A model generated the notes under the pieces. It worked only from the letters and a program-made list of their open reading frames with translations, was not told where the DNA came from and ran no database searches. From positions 19,147,607-19,211,606 of the forward strand of contig JAUZTB010000062.1 in the NCBI GenBank assembly GCA_034780895.1: a stretch of 64,000 nt of DNA, given 5' to 3'. Positions 37,521 through 51,734 of this stretch are shown one piece after another. Every line of letters begins with the position of its first letter. The stretch's first letter is position 1. The stretch comes from Rhynchobatus australiae (lineage: Eukaryota). The position numbers were made by a program, and so were the translations under genes.

Positions 37521-38799
37521 ACTCTTTGAGAATATGCTGACCAATGAGAATATCCTTACTCATTTAAATGCCTACTGAAGTAACCGTTAATCAAACTTTG
37601 TTACAAGAGCTAAGCTTCTTCAGAATGATTCAGGTCCACAACTATATTTTATACAGCTATGCAAATGGTGGAACAATCTGGACATGCATTGGAAAGAACA
37701 ATAGTTCATTTCTTTGGCACACAGGTTTGAGGTCTGTGCCCTATTTACACAATGGGTAATATTCCAGAAGGCTTCAAGTGGAAAGGCTTTGTGACTACTA
37801 CAGCATGCCCCAGAGCTTTAGCTTTGACTTCAACATATGCTGGGGGTGGAGAGGTGAGCGGAAAGAACATACGTGACTAATCAAATATCTTCCCAGAGGT
37901 ATACGTTTCTCTATANNNNNNNNNNNNNNNNNNNNNNNNNNNNNNNNNNNNNNNNNNNNNNNNNNNNNNNNNNNNNNNNNNNNNNNNNNNNNNNNNNNNN
38001 NNNNNNNNNNNNNNNNNNNNNNNNNNNNNNNNNNNNNNNNNNNNNNNNNNNNNNNNNNNNNNNNNNNNNNNNNNNNNNNNNNNNNNNNNNNNNNNNNNNN
38101 NNNNNNNNNNNNNNNNNNNNNNNNNNNNNNNNNNNNNNNNNNNNNNNNNNNNNNNNNNNNNNNNNNNNNNNNNNNNNNNNNNNNNNNNNNNNNNNNNNNN
38201 NNNNNNNNNNNNNNNNNNNNNNNNNNNNNNNNNNNNNNNNNNNNNNNNNNNNNNNNNNNNNNNNNNNNNNNNNNNNNNNNNNNNNNNNNNNNNNNNNNNA
38301 CTGGGTTATGGAACAAATGACAATAACCTTATTTTTGTCCTAGGAAGAAAACAGTGATCAAATGTTCTTTGCTAGGCTTGATAATTAGGTAATGTGTCAG
38401 ATTTTCAGAAGCAAGTTTAAGCCTTGATTGGAACAAAAATGTTCCTAGTATTGATGTTACTTAACACATTTAACTGAGGTCATAGCTGCCATGAAGCAGA
38501 AATATGACCAGTAGATTTGTCTGTTACTTTATATAGAGAATCTAAAAATATCTTGACTGATAAAATATGAAGAACAGGTAACACAAAATGAAATAACAAC
38601 AAGTTAGCAGAGTTTTGTTGAATATGTGTACAAGTAATCTGAAACTTGGAGCAAATGCTCCAGAAAAGCAGCATTTATAGTTATAGTGATCAATCTAGTT
38701 GCCGTTTATCCATTTGTTATCATTCCCAACAATTAATATAATAACAGGCGATATATTGGATGTACTTGTTGGATAAGGGATAGTAACTTTAAATAGCCT

Positions 38800-39615
38800 C
38801 AGCATAGTCTAAATGTTGAATAGTTTATTCTCTGCACAGACAGTCTGATCTGTTGAGTCTTTTCAGCATTTGCAGTTCTTCATTCAGACTTGCAGTGCCT
38901 GCAGCACTTTCCTTATGGTTATGGAATATTTTGGTCTTCTGACTTCAAAAAGAACATAAAAAGAGCTCAGAACAGTGTGACCAGGCTGACTTCTGGCTTT
39001 ACTTTAAGAACTTGAAGGCTTTCTTTTATTTTCAGGGATCAGTTTAGTTCTCCTTCCTACTCCCATTCTGAATTCCCTGCCTTTGGTTCTTTCACTGTTC
39101 CAATAAAGCCGAACACAGTTTGAGGAACATGACTCGTCTTCCAACTTGGCACGTTATTGCCCTCAGAATACAACACTGAATTTAGCAATTTCAGATTACT
39201 AGCCTTTTCAGTTCACATCACGAATAGCCTGTAATAGCAACCTTTGTCTTGACTCCACAAACGCTGTACAGTATTCTTTTTCTTACTTCAGATTTCCAAC
39301 ATCTGCTGTGTTTTTATTGCACCATTTCAACATTTTATTTCCTCTTGCTTTCTCAATGTTAATTCATATTTCCATTTATATCTCCAGACAAATCAGCTGT
39401 GATTAATAAAGCTTCACCAACGTCTCTCAGCCAGCACCACCATCGTTTACATCATTAGGTTCCACCATATCACAGATGCTCCCCTCCCCCCTCTCTGCAA
39501 CTTAAAACACATTTGATTTGTAATCTTTGTTTTTTCCTCAGTTCTGAATGAAAGATCATCAACCTGAAGTGCCAACTCTATTTCCCTCTGCCTGGCCTGC
39601 TGAATATTTCCAACA
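38800..39615 (+). mobile_element. Penelope-like cluster: GIY-YIG C-terminal remnant, tails and decayed hammerhead
   Basis: 39050-39200 reads approximately SPSYSHSE..HCSNKAEH..EE..LVFQLGTLLPSEYNTEFSNFR. Tails at ~38830, ~39280 and ~39590; CTGAATGA..AACCTGAAG at 39544-39569. Confidence 0.75.
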
Positions 39616-41724
39616 AAGCCTGAAATTAAAATTAAGTTATAGAGATTGGCTCAAATGTTTAATGTTTATTCTAAAAATAGAAGATTGGGGCTGTGATTTT
39701 ATAGTCATATTATCTAATATTACCTAAACTAAAATTGAAGTATGACGTGTACATACCTTGACTAAAGTCAGAGATTAGAAAAAAAACATCCCCAGAGGTG
39801 AATAGATATTTAGAAGAGATTTATTATTCAATGATATTTTAAAAGGGAGCTGATTATAATTTGGCAAGACGTGGTATTAAATATCACAGTCAGGCTAATG
39901 AAAGTAGAAGTAACATTGGGAAATATTTTCAATGTATACAAGACCATGGGGCCTGTATATGCTACTGGAAAACCCAGTCCAATTTTCACAAATTGCAATC
40001 CAATGGCTCACTAAAAATGCTTTAAATTCAATGGAACAATATGAATCACTTATAATTCTCAGACAAGGTCAGACATATGGTAGCTTCCACTAAAGGGAAC
40101 AATTGCATTTTTCACTATTATATTATCAAATGCATCCTCTTACTTTGGACATTTAAGTGCTAAGCTAGTGATAAATTCTATTCCAGTGGGCTTCATTTGA
40201 TTTTGGGGATTTTAAACATAACAAATGTATTAATTACTACAAAATTAACTATTATTGGATATTATACTTTTTGTTGGAGAGAGTGGAGAGGAATGGAGGT
40301 ACATCTACCTGGGAAAGTGTAGAGAAGTCTGTCTTCAGAGGCTTCATTTCNNNNNNNNNNNNNNNNNNNNNNNNNNNNNNNNNNNNNNNNNNNNNNNNNN
40401 NNGACAGCACATTGGGTCTCCATATTCAAATTTGAAACATTTGAAGTGACAAAACATCTTTTCCTTTTCTAGGATTCCTCCTTGTCTGTCCTGTTTAAAC
40501 CTTTTGTATCAGAACTGAATGAATATAAATTTCTGTTCTCAGCATTTCAGAACAACATTATTCAATTCTTAGACATTCAGTGGTCACACTATTTTCCCAA
40601 GTTCTCTTCCCTTTGCTATGTATAATCCTTCTTCTATTTATATGTTGTTCTGTGCTAAGGTAACAAAAAGTTGCCAAAGACTTTCAACTTTAAAAAAAAC
40701 AGCCATCATTTGATAGAATTCTTTTCCCAAGTTATATGTATATTTTTCCAATAGCTACACTTTTAGCTTAAGTAGAAGAATCAGTATTACCAAGTAATTC
40801 ATTTCTGGTCATTGTACGAAATGTGCTATACAGCAGCACCAGTAGGTTGTACTGACTGCAAAATATATTCCAATGACTTCACTACACAACATATTAGTGT
40901 GACTTCTGGCCATATATTCCTTTAGGAATACTGTCCAGGAAAAGCTTTTGTGAGAATCTATTTCTCAATTATTTATAAAGACAATGAAATTACCAGAAAA
41001 AAACATGGTCACATGATACATCAAGTTGTCAACAGAAGTGAACTTCTGATTCTTGCCACCTCATTCTTTGCATAAACAATTTAAACATGATTTTTCACAT
41101 TAAAATAATCTTATTTGCTTAATATATATTCTGAGAGATTGTTCTGGACCAGACAACGTTTACAATGGCATTGAACCTATATCATATTTTCATGGCCCAT
41201 GGTTTGATGAAGAGGGCGGAGGTGAGATTATCAAGGTCCCTGTTGCAGGAGGCATGCAATGTGTTAGAAATGTAAAAATCCACTCTAATGAATAAAACTG
41301 AAATTGTATGGATGAGTTATGAGATTATAATACCCTATGTCAGGATGCTAGACCAAAAAAACAATAACAACTTTATTTAAATATTTCCTTTAATGTAGTA
41401 AATGTTGTCATCCCTAATTTCCACTCTGCATTGCCACTTACATTCAGGTTTCCCCAGGGGATGTGTGCCAATTTGAGAAAGGGCTGTCTTCTCACATCCA
41501 GGTGGGCCAAATGAGGAGCAGCTTTGATGCAATCAATGAAGATCTGGGTTAGAAGAATTATCATGATTCAGAACTGATGTGGCTTGTGTCACCCGGGACA
41601 GAAAGTGTATGTTGGGGGGGGGGGGTGTGTGTGGTGGTTGGTGGGAGGAAGAGGACACCAATTTATATTTTATTTTTCAAAACACTTTTACAAATATCCA
41701 TTTCTAACAAAGAATCCATCCTTC

Positions 41725-41847
41725 GATTGGTATTCTTTGGAGTACTACAAAGTTTTATCTTTGGGCCTTTCCTCTTTAAAAATATGTATATTAATAAGCT
41801 GTTTGGTACCTACAGACATACAGGAATATCAGCATATGCAGATGTTG
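41725..41847 (+). mobile_element. Non-LTR RT core fragment (CR1/L2 group)
   Basis: GVLQSFIFGPFLFKNMYINKL...ISAYADV matches GVPQGSVLGPxLFxIYINDL...YADD. Confidence 0.75.
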
Positions 41848-43042
41848 NNNNNNNNNNNNNNNNNNNNNNNNNNNNNNNNNNNNNNNNNNNNNNNNNNNNN
41901 NNNNNNNNNNNNNNNNNNNNNNNNNNNNNNNNNNNNNNNNNNNNNNNNNNNNNNNNNNNNNNNNNNNNNNNNNNNNNNNNNNNNNNNNNNNNNNNNNNNN
42001 NNNNNNNNNNNNNNNNNNNNNNNNNNNNNNNNNNNNNNNNNNNNNNNNNNNNNNNNNNNNNNNNNNNNNNNNNNNNNNNNNNNNNNNNNNNNNNNNNNNN
42101 NNNNNNNNNNNNNNNNNNNNNNNNNNNNNNNNNNNNNNNNNNCAGATTTGTTTTCAATTTACTAACAGAGCCTAGTGATAGAGTGAAATTGAATACAAAT
42201 TGCCCACCCTGGATAAAAATGCCATATTAATAAAGTAAAATTGAGTTATCGTTTTCTAGTTTCTGTTTTACTATCGTACAAACAGAAATGATTGAACAGC
42301 TTTATTCTTATCATTGAATATCATCAAGACCACTTGTACCTTGCCTCTATGAGTTGTTACATTGCTGTCCCTAAGGAACAGAGAATGTTTCTCAGGAAAC
42401 TGAATTACCAAATGGTAATGAAGTTTGTAACCCACAAGTTTCCAATTTCCTTCAAAACTGATTTTTTGTTTGTACTTGATTTGGGAGTAAGGGGTAGTTT
42501 TGCTCACATTTTTCAATCCTTCTAATCTGCTTATCACAGTGCCTTTGAGAAGGGGTTTAATCAGGTAATGGTCTCACAATCATTAGCAAATTTTCCTGCC
42601 ATTATTTGTGCTTTCTGGTAGTTTATCAATTTGTTTGACAAACTTGGTAAGTATTAGGTGTAGATAGTAGAATAGTGCTCAAAAGATCACTAAAAGCTTC
42701 TTAGCAATAGTGACTCTTTTGTCTTGAAAGGTTTCAGGATAGGTATTTAAATTGTGGAAATAAGATACACATAATATACAGCAATCAAAGGATAATTTAG
42801 GTTACTTTTATCCCCCCAAATGTATCAAACATATTTTATTGAAATCTAATACAATAGCAATCACTTTTATTCCAACTGTCCTCAGCAATAACTGTTCTCG
42901 TAGTTTAATTAAATGCCTTGGCCTATGCCCACAGCATTTAAATCAGCATTGAAGCCATTTACTGCCTTTTACACTCCAGAAAAAAATGTAAGTTATTGCT
43001 TAATTGTTTATGGCTTCCTCATAAATAGAAAAGATACAAATG

Positions 43043-43620
43043 GAACANNNNNNNNNNNNNNNTACCCTGGCTTTAGCATGCTTTTAATATGACTCTACAA
43101 AATGGCAATGTAGACAGAGTCTACTGTAATGCATGGCAGTTTGACATTCATGAGGGCTTGACCTTTTAACCACACCCAGTCTAGCGTGAATATTGTACTG
43201 CTTCTGACAGTCATGCTTTTCTGAATAAAATCAATGAATCTTATTTTAATATTTGCATTTAGTCCCTCTCTTTTCCTGTAAATGGCTCTGCTGAATTTTT
43301 ATGCAGAGAAGCGCAGAAAATTTATGGCCACAATTAGACCATTGCAGTCTGGTGAGCAAGCAATTACGAGCCTGCTGTTCAGCAATCCATAGAGTCTGAC
43401 CAAGTCTCAACTCCCAGGCGCCACTCAGCTCAGTCCCCTAGCACACAACACTAAACTCTCATTTTCAGCAAAATTAATATTTTCCCATTTATTTTTTCTG
43501 TATTCACAATTGCACAGTTATTAATTATGAGGAAAGGGAATGTCATAAATATCATGGGTTGAAGTATGCACAATAATGCCTGTGTAATTTCTGTTAATTG
43601 CCTAGAAGCAATTCTTTAAG
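43043..43620. promoter_or_regulatory. Putative conserved non-coding element
   Basis: Repeat-free; TTTATGGCC, CAATTACGAG, ATTTGCAT octamer and TGACAG motifs; several retained CpGs. Confidence 0.4.
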
Positions 43621-44749
43621 ATAAAAATCTCTTCAATATAAAGGGAATGTTTATTTCCAAGTTTTATACTATAATATACAAGTTAATATCACTGGGTTAT
43701 TCCAATTGAATAAACAGTTCTAAGTCAACGGAAATTACCATGCACTGTTAATCATTCTGACATTCTAATAGAAAGCTTTTAGGTGAACGTACAATAGAAG
43801 TAATAGTGGAATTTTTAATGAAGTACAGAATTTCTGTCACACAGTCTTCCAAATAAGAATCCTTTCATTATTTCACAGGCGCAGAAATAATATTCTGTGC
43901 ATTATTAAACAGCAGTTTAAGAAAACCCATAGATACTCTTTGTTAGCCTGATTTTTCGTCTGGGAAAATTCAAAGTGGAGACTTTTTTTTGCACAAAATG
44001 CAACTTCAAACAAAACTGCATTCCAAGTAGAGCTGCTTTTAAGACATTACTGGTTTTCTGTAATATGAAATTGTGTTCAATTAATATTTGCAATAGATTG
44101 TAAGACAACAATTTAAATATTAAGNNNNNNNNNNNNNNNNNNNNNNNNNNNNNNNNNNNNNNNNNNNNNNNNNNNNNNNNNNNNNNNNNNNNNNNNNNNN
44201 NNNNNNNNNNNNNNNNNNNNNNNNATGTTGATCACAAATATATTTGCCAGAAATTCCTCTCTATGGTGTTTTAAGTGGATTAACTAGGTTAAATTAACCA
44301 GTTCACATACTATAATTTCAACCTAAAAGATCTGATAATTATTTGTTCTAATTAGGGAATGTTTTAGTCCATCCAATAGATAGTAATCTTTTAAAATTAT
44401 TGCCAGACTTCATTCAAGATCCCCAGAATTTCATTCCAGTGTTTAAATTCACCAATCCCACATTCTCAGCAGGAAGCCGCATTTGAAGAGTGTGTGGTTT
44501 GCAGGCCAGGTGATGTCACTGTAGTGCAGATTCTTTGACTCCTACCAACTTGTATTACCAATTGTTGCTGTGTGGCATCAGTGAATGTGCCCTTTAAATT
44601 TTGCACCTTGCAATTTTGATGAGTTACAGATCCAGTTCAATAGGTTCGGGAGTATCAACTGCTTACTCTGGACAGTTGGCCTCAAGTCAATCCATTCTTT
44701 TGCTTCGTCAGAGTAGGCTGCGAGGTATCAAACATCCTCCTACATAACA

Positions 44750-44880
44750 TACCTTTCACTTAACTTCAGAGACTTGACCATGTTATCCAGGTGGACACTG
44801 AGGAAGTGTTGCATTGATGAAGTGGATGAGATGCAGAGCTAAATGTCTCCCTCTCAAGAGGATTAAAAAGATTAAGTAGA
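44750..44880 (+). mobile_element. Deu-domain SINE 5' fragment
   Basis: CAGAGACTTGACCATGTTATCCAGGTGGACACTGAGGAAGTGTTGCATTG..GGATGAGATG. Confidence 0.55.
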
Positions 44881-44904
44881 AACTCAACAATGCTTCAACA
44901 GTAT

Positions 44905-45570
44905 CACAGCATAGTTAATGGAAGAAGTCCATTTGGCCTGTCGAATCTGTACTGGCTTGTTCCACTCCACCTAAAAGTCTTCTGAATTCTNNNNNNNNNN
45001 GTCGAATCTGTACTGGCTTTATGCAAGAGCAATCCAGTTCATCCCTTTTGCCATTGCCCTGCAAATTCTTTCCTTTCCTTATCCAGATGCAAATGAATCT
45101 TCCTTCACTGATAGCGAAATCCAGTCACAAACTAGCAGTTGAATAAAATAATGTCTTTCTTCATATCACTCCTTGCCAATCAGTTTCATTTTGTCCCCAC
45201 ATTTTGACCCTTTTGCCAACTGGAACAGATCCTTTCTATATATTCAGTCTACATCCTTCATAGTTTTAAATGCCTTAATCACATCCCCTCACAAGCCTCT
45301 GTTCCATTGAGAACAAACCCAGCTTCTTCAGTCAATCCACAAAACCAAAGCCTTCCTCCCAGAACTCATTGAGTCAAGCCCCCCCACCAGACCCTCTTCA
45401 AAGCCTTTACATCTGTCCTAAAGAATGGTACCCTGAACTTGACTCAATTCTCCAGTTGGGGTTGACAAAGGCTCATTGTGACCACCTACTCTAAAGCTCC
45501 CTGCCTGTATTAAAAAAGTATACCCCATATGCTTTTATAATCACTTTTTCAACCTGCCCTTTCACTTTCA
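44905..45570 (-). mobile_element. CR1 LINE 3' fragment
   Basis: Antisense tail GTCCATTTGGCCTGTCGAATCTG..., GAGAACAAACCCAGCTTC (KLGLFS). Confidence 0.75.
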
Positions 45571-45859
45571 GACTGCCTGGAAAGACAAAGCAGTCAGTGC
45601 AAACCTCTTGTCTAAGTCACAGCAATTCCTGAAATGGAATATTACAGTTTTGTTCCCCCCCCCCCAAATCACTGAGCAAAATCATGAAAATTAGTACATT
45701 ACAGAACTGNNNNNNNNNNNNNNNNNNNNNNNNNNNNNNNNNNNNNNNNNNNNNNNNNNNNNNNNNNNNNNNNNNNNNNNNNNNNNNNNNNNNNNNNNNN
45801 NNNNNNNNNNNNNNNNNNNNNNNNNTCTATGAATAAATCTGTGGGTGCCCCATAACAAA

Positions 45860-47050
45860 CTGCAGCAGGAATAGGTTAATTGGTCCCTTGAGCCTGCTTT
45901 GCAATGAAATAAGTTTGTGCCTGATCCAATCTTAGCCACAACAGTACTTTACCACTCTCTCTCCCAATATCCCTTGACTTGAGGTTCAAATTTCTGTCAA
46001 TCCCTGCCTTGAATATATTCCACAGCTCCCTTGGGCAGAGAATTGCAAAGAGTCTCAATCCAATGAGAAAAGAGATTCTTCATAATAGGATAGTATAATA
46101 ATAGGATTCTTCTGATAGTCCATCATAAACATGCAATCCTTTATTTTGAAACCATGCCTCCAATAGGGGAGACATCTTCTGAGCATTCACTGTGTCAATC
46201 ATCCTCAGAGTATTACAAATTTCAATAAGATTGTCTATCATTCTAAACTTTAATGACTATAAGGTCAACTTGTTTAATTTCTCTTCACACATCAAATTCC
46301 ATCATTCCAGGAATCGATCCAGTGAATCACCTCTGCACTGTCTCTCATACAAGATTATCCTACCTTAAATATGAAGACCGATATTGTGCACAGTACTCCA
46401 GGTACAGTTTCACTTATAAAGCTGAATCAAAGATTTCCTAATTTTATATTCCACATCTCTTGCAAAAAAGGTCTATACTCCATTAGCCTTCCTAATTATT
46501 TGCTGTACCATTGTGTTTCATTCAATAGGACCCCAGTTCCCATTGCACCACAACATTTTATAGACTCACTCCATTTAAATAATAATTTGTTTTTCCATCC
46601 TTCCTTTCAAAGTGCATAGCTTCTCATTTTTCAACATTATATTCCTATGGCCAGATTCTTTTGCTGGGTCTTCATGTCATCCTCACAACTTGTTAACCTT
46701 TGTATTGTCAAAAGAGTTGGCTCCAGTACATTTCATCCCCTCACTGGAATCGTTAGTATACATTTTAAATAGTTCAGGCCCCAGCACTGATGCTTGTGGC
46801 AGTCAGTACCTACTAATTGTCATCCGGAAAGTGACCAACTCCATGCTTTCTGTTAGTTGGTCAAAATATTATTTCCAGCCCTGTGTACTCTTATCTTGTG
46901 TAGTAACCTTCTATGTGGCACCTTACTGAATGCCTTTGGGAAAACTAAATATACTACACTACTGGCTTCCATACAGTTTGAGAACACCAGCAAATTTGTG
47001 AAACACTATTTCCATTTCATAAAGTTACATTGACTCTGCTGTAGACGTAT
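45860..47050 (-). mobile_element. CR1 LINE RT-to-tail fragment
   Basis: TGTGCACAGTACTCCAGG (LEYCAQ), GGCCCCAGCACTGA (SVLGP) and AATGCCTTTGGGAAA (FxKAF) on the minus strand. Confidence 0.9.
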
Positions 47051-47659
47051 TTGATGGAGATTATACAAGGGTAAAATGGTAAAGGGAGTAGATAGTTCTG
47101 TTACTGGAGTTAGTTGGGGAAGAACACAAGGAGGCTTGATTTGAACACAAACAGTAGCACAAACTGATCTGCTGCTGCGGTGTATGTAATTTATGTAAAT
47201 ACAATAGCTAACATCCAGTGATGAAAATCTTTGATGAAGGTTGCATATAAACTTTAAGTCAGGATAATCAGTGGTCGTGAGTAAATGTTCCATCCCAAGT
47301 TATCCAGCACTGGTGAGCCTCATCAGGCTAATATACTTATTAAGGACTAGACCATACACTAATCATTAAATTTTCTTGGAATTTTTGCTCTGGTGCATTA
47401 TGTACATCAGTATATTCAATTCCTGAAACTGGGAACCATCTTGACTTTTAATGTTTTATGTTGAATGAGGCACATTCCTCTTTGCAATCACATTTGAAAT
47501 TAATCAATCTGAAATCACTTCTCTTTAAAAAAAAGTTTCTTTGCAAATAGGTTGCTAGGTTATCAGGGAAAAAAACGAGGTAATATGTAAATACAAGAAT
47601 TCATTCATTGCCATTGAAACTCCCTATACTACTTCACTCTGGGTCTACCTTCACTGTAA

Positions 47660-47760
47660 GAAGTGCAGTGATTCACCACTACTTGCTCAAGGGCAATTAG
47701 GAATGAACAATAGGTGCTGGATTTTCCAGCAACATCCACATTCCATCAGTGAATAGAGAA
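47660..47760 (+). mobile_element. L2/CR1-group LINE or SINE 3' tail
   Basis: CTCAAGGGCAATTAGGAATGAACAATAGGTGCTGG..CCACATTCCATCAGTGAATA, related to the end of the 58610 element. Confidence 0.6.
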
Positions 47761-48309
47761 AATCCTAGTCCCTCAGAAGATATTGTCACATCAACACCAC
47801 TTGAGAATTTTTCTGCTAAAAGCAGAACAATTATCAATTAAATGATTTGCAGAGCAAATAGTTAATAACATGATCAATTCAAAAGCACTTAATTCAGTGT
47901 CCAAATGCAGGCTGCTCATAATGGAAGCACATACCTCAGTTATCCATTGGTTATTTAGGTTTAAGAAAGTCATAACTTGCTCTCCCAGCAGTTCAGCTTA
48001 ATCTGTATTGGGAACATCCAGATCTGTGTTGAATTAACCATCTCTGTCAGCATGCAATATGAACACTAAAAGCAGAAACTGGGAAAAAACAATCACAAAT
48101 AAGGGATTCTATATCTGATTACAATACCTTTAACAAGTGTACATAGATAATTAGCAAGAGAGTAATGGGATTGGCTGAGATGACACTTGTGACTAATTAA
48201 CATATCAATAAAGGGGCTAGGAATTCAGCTCAATCAGTGGCAGAAAATGGATAGTATTGGATCAGTCAACTGTTACATATTTCTTTTATGTTCTCACACT
48301 TAAGGAGGA

Positions 48310-48530
48310 TTTCACTACCAATGCTAGCATCTATTGTCCACTAAATTAATTAGTTAAGAGCCACAGAGGTCAGACAGGGAAAAGATGGCAGATTTCCTTC
48401 CCTGAAAGACATTCATGAACCACTTGGGTTTTAATGAAACCAGCTTACATTTTAGGTATTTAAGTTAAAACTAGCCAGCTATTAATGGTAGTATTTGAAC
48501 TGACATCAAAGGTCCTGGATGCTATAATCC
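48310..48530 (-). mobile_element. Old SINE with L2/CR1-type tail
   Basis: GGCAGATTTCCTTCCCTGAAAGACATT core and ATTTGAACT B-box-like remnant. Confidence 0.5.
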
Positions 48531-48654
48531 AGCAAGTTTACTATTATACTCCAGCAAAGAATCTGTGGCTTGAACAAATAGATGCAAAAAAAGATATTTT
48601 TTGACAATACAACACCAACCTGTTATATCTGAATACACAAAAAAAGGTTGAGAC

Positions 48655-49960
48655 TGCATCCTTGAAGAAGTTCATTTACTTTCTTCAAGACTACTGGTGC
48701 ACATGTCTGCAAATACACTAGTTCCAGAGATCAACCATTGACTCAAGATAACCCCCAAAAAGCACCATGACCCCTGCTGGCTTGGAGTAGAACAGATTTA
48801 ATTATGTGTATATTATAACAATGAATTATATATATTGCTAATGTTCCACCCCTCCCTCAAATTCAACATATTTAACTTTTTTTCCAATATGCTGGAGATT
48901 TATTTTCTCTGGTAGAGTGTCTGACCTCCACTTGAGGCAGTACAGGCTTATTTTGCTGTTGTCAGTTTGATTTACACTGTACTCACAGGTAGAGTGTCCA
49001 GGTGATTCATTATCAGCACACCCTGAATCCATTATCAGCAGTTGTCTCTGGCACTGGAAAACAACTGATAGTTCTTCCTAGTACATTCATATGTTTTCAA
49101 GGTCAAGGTCCATCTTTGAACTCATGGAGAAACCATTTGAGGCAATGGGTTTCAAGGATCATGGAAATCAGATATTTTGACCTGTGTAAAAAGTGAAGTG
49201 ATATCCATAAACATATGTATCGAACTACTGCACTTCAAACATGACAGTAATGTCTCCTTTACCCTGCCAAGCGTACACTTTCCCTGTTGCATTCAGTATT
49301 CTGGAAGTAAACTTTATTGGCTTTTTAGAACCAAATTCATTGGTTGAATTCATCCTTTAGGAAGTTTATTGTCTTCAAGCCTGCTGAGTGCACATGTCTG
49401 CTGACACAGCCCTTGCAGAGATCAACCAAAAATGGCACCTGCCTAAATTCAACAGTGACACAAGGTCAGCTCTGAAATCTCTCGGACCCTGTGTTAACAT
49501 GGAGGTGAACATCTAATAACAACTTTATACATTCTATTTTATATAGAACTACATAAACTATACTGTACATTGCTACGATACATTTTAGGATTTAGAGCCA
49601 GCGATAATGAAGAAATGGCAATATACTGTATTTCCAAGTCACTATGTGAATGACTGATAATGGATTGAGATTTGACGGGTTGATTGGTGTGAAGTCAGTC
49701 AGTGCTTAAATCGAGTTCATCTTGTTCATTCATTATTGTTAACAATGCTGCAATCACATTGTATTGAGTTCTCATTAACAGCTTACTAAATCCCATTGNN
49801 NNNNNNNNNNNNNNNNNNNNNNNNNNNNNNNNNNNNNNNNNNNNNNNNNNNNNNNNNNNNNNNNNNNNNNNNNNNNNNNNNNNNNNNNNNNNNNNNNNAC
49901 AAGACAAACCCTGAAAAGCACCATGATCCCTGCTGGTTTGGAGGTAAACAACCATAACCT
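48655..49960 (+). repeat. Old local duplication; copy B split by ~470 bp
   Basis: ~48664-48740 matches ~49360-49430 (CTTCAAG..GTGCACATGTCTGC..AGAGATCAACCA); ~48745-48795 matches ~49900-49950 (AAAAGCACCATGA-CCCTGCTGG-TTGGAG). Confidence 0.85.
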
Positions 49961-51734
49961 ATACATACTTAATGATATATTTCTTGCTACAAAATAAATA
50001 TATTACTACACAACCATTAAGATGGTGGGGCAGAGTGCATGAGAACAATCAGACAATTGTAAGCCAATAAATATCAATATAGTCAGAAAACAGATATTTT
50101 TAAAGCGCACAGGAAACAGAAACCATAGCAACATCTCCCAATAAACGCAGGGTAATTTCTATAGAAATGTGCAGTGGACAGAGGATAATACATAGAAAAT
50201 AATTCTCAGTCATTTACAGCAGTAAGCCAAGCTTGGCAGACAGGGAATTATCGGATCATTTCCACTCTGGCTGGCTTTGTTTCTCAGAAATTTATTCATG
50301 CTTCACTGGATATTTTGTCTCAGTTTTCAATATTTTGTGGGAAAAAATATCCACTCTATGACCTTTTCTTTCCATTTTATTTTAGATTCCTTCCTTTTAT
50401 AGAATGCACAAAAAGAACAACAATATGCTGTACTACCTCAAAAAGTTAGATTACACAAGCACATGAATTATTGATCATGTTCAATAAAGCCAATGTAGGC
50501 ACCCAGTCAGTGAGATAACCATGAATGTTCCTAATACTGGTGTATTATCTGAGCCAACAAAATCTCTGAAAGATGAGCATAATTCATGNNNNNNNNNNNN
50601 NNNNNNNNNNNNNNNNNNNNNNNNNNNNNNNNNNNNNNNNNNNNNNNNNNNNNNNNNNNNNNNNNNNNNNNNNNNNNNNNNNNNNNNNAGAAGAAGTAGG
50701 AAGACAAATCACCTTATGTTTAAATAAGCCACTTTTCCCACTGAAGGTTGGAAACAGTAATTTTAATTTATTAGGTTGACACACTCTGTTGATTCATGAT
50801 GTAGATAAAATACTCTATGTGTATTATATCGTCATCATCACTCAGCCACTACGTAGTTCTCTGTGATGAATTTTTAGCTTGTTCAATCTGCGCATATTTC
50901 ACGTTGGGATGATGTGCAGCTTGTACTGATCAGCCGTAGCTCTGTGTTAATGGCAAGTTTTGGTCTTCTGACACTTGCTTGTTATAATGTTGTACCTTGT
51001 ATTCTTATTACATGACTGATCTGTGTTGTCACTCTTGGGTCATGGCAAATCATGGGTTGAGTTGTGCACACCATTACAGAATCTCAATGGAGAAATTTAC
51101 CTCACAGTAATGATCCTGCATCAGTCAGTGACTAAAGGACTGTATTTGTCCCATTAATCAAGGAAAAAGTACAGTAATGAGATGTTGGCCAAAGATATCC
51201 AAATGCAGAGTGAAAATGAATCTACCTAAGCTTTTAAAGATATTCACCAGGAAAAGAATGGACATGTTCACTTAGCAGCCTTCATTTTGTCAGGATATCC
51301 CCACCGCATTTTACACCCAATAAATTACTTTTGCTCTTTTTGATAGAGATACACTTTCTTTCCTTCTGCATGTTTTCAGAATTTATGGTTTTATTAATAT
51401 CATCAGAAATCTCCCAATTGGGTATTCATTTGGTTTGGAGCTGTTCTTTTCACTAGGTAGAACTAGAAAGTCAAACAGCTTTGGACCCACGCTTGCAATC
51501 TGGCTTCTGCTATCCTCAATGCCCCTGAGGTTAGTTACAAATTGTTTCAGTTCTATTTTAATGGAACGAACATTCTGAGAATATCAAATTCCAAGTCATT
51601 TCATCCATTCGGTAAAGAGTACTGCTTTAGTTCAAAAACAGCCTCAGCAGAGATGTAGCCAACTTTGCCACAAGAATATTTTAACATTCTGTTTTTCAAG
51701 AGGCAAAGCCTTACATTTTTATAACTTTTTTTTA

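Noticed and set aside
44940-45019. Repeat GTCGAATCTGTACTGGCTT flanking a 10-N gap
   Set aside because: Typical contig-end overlap artefact.
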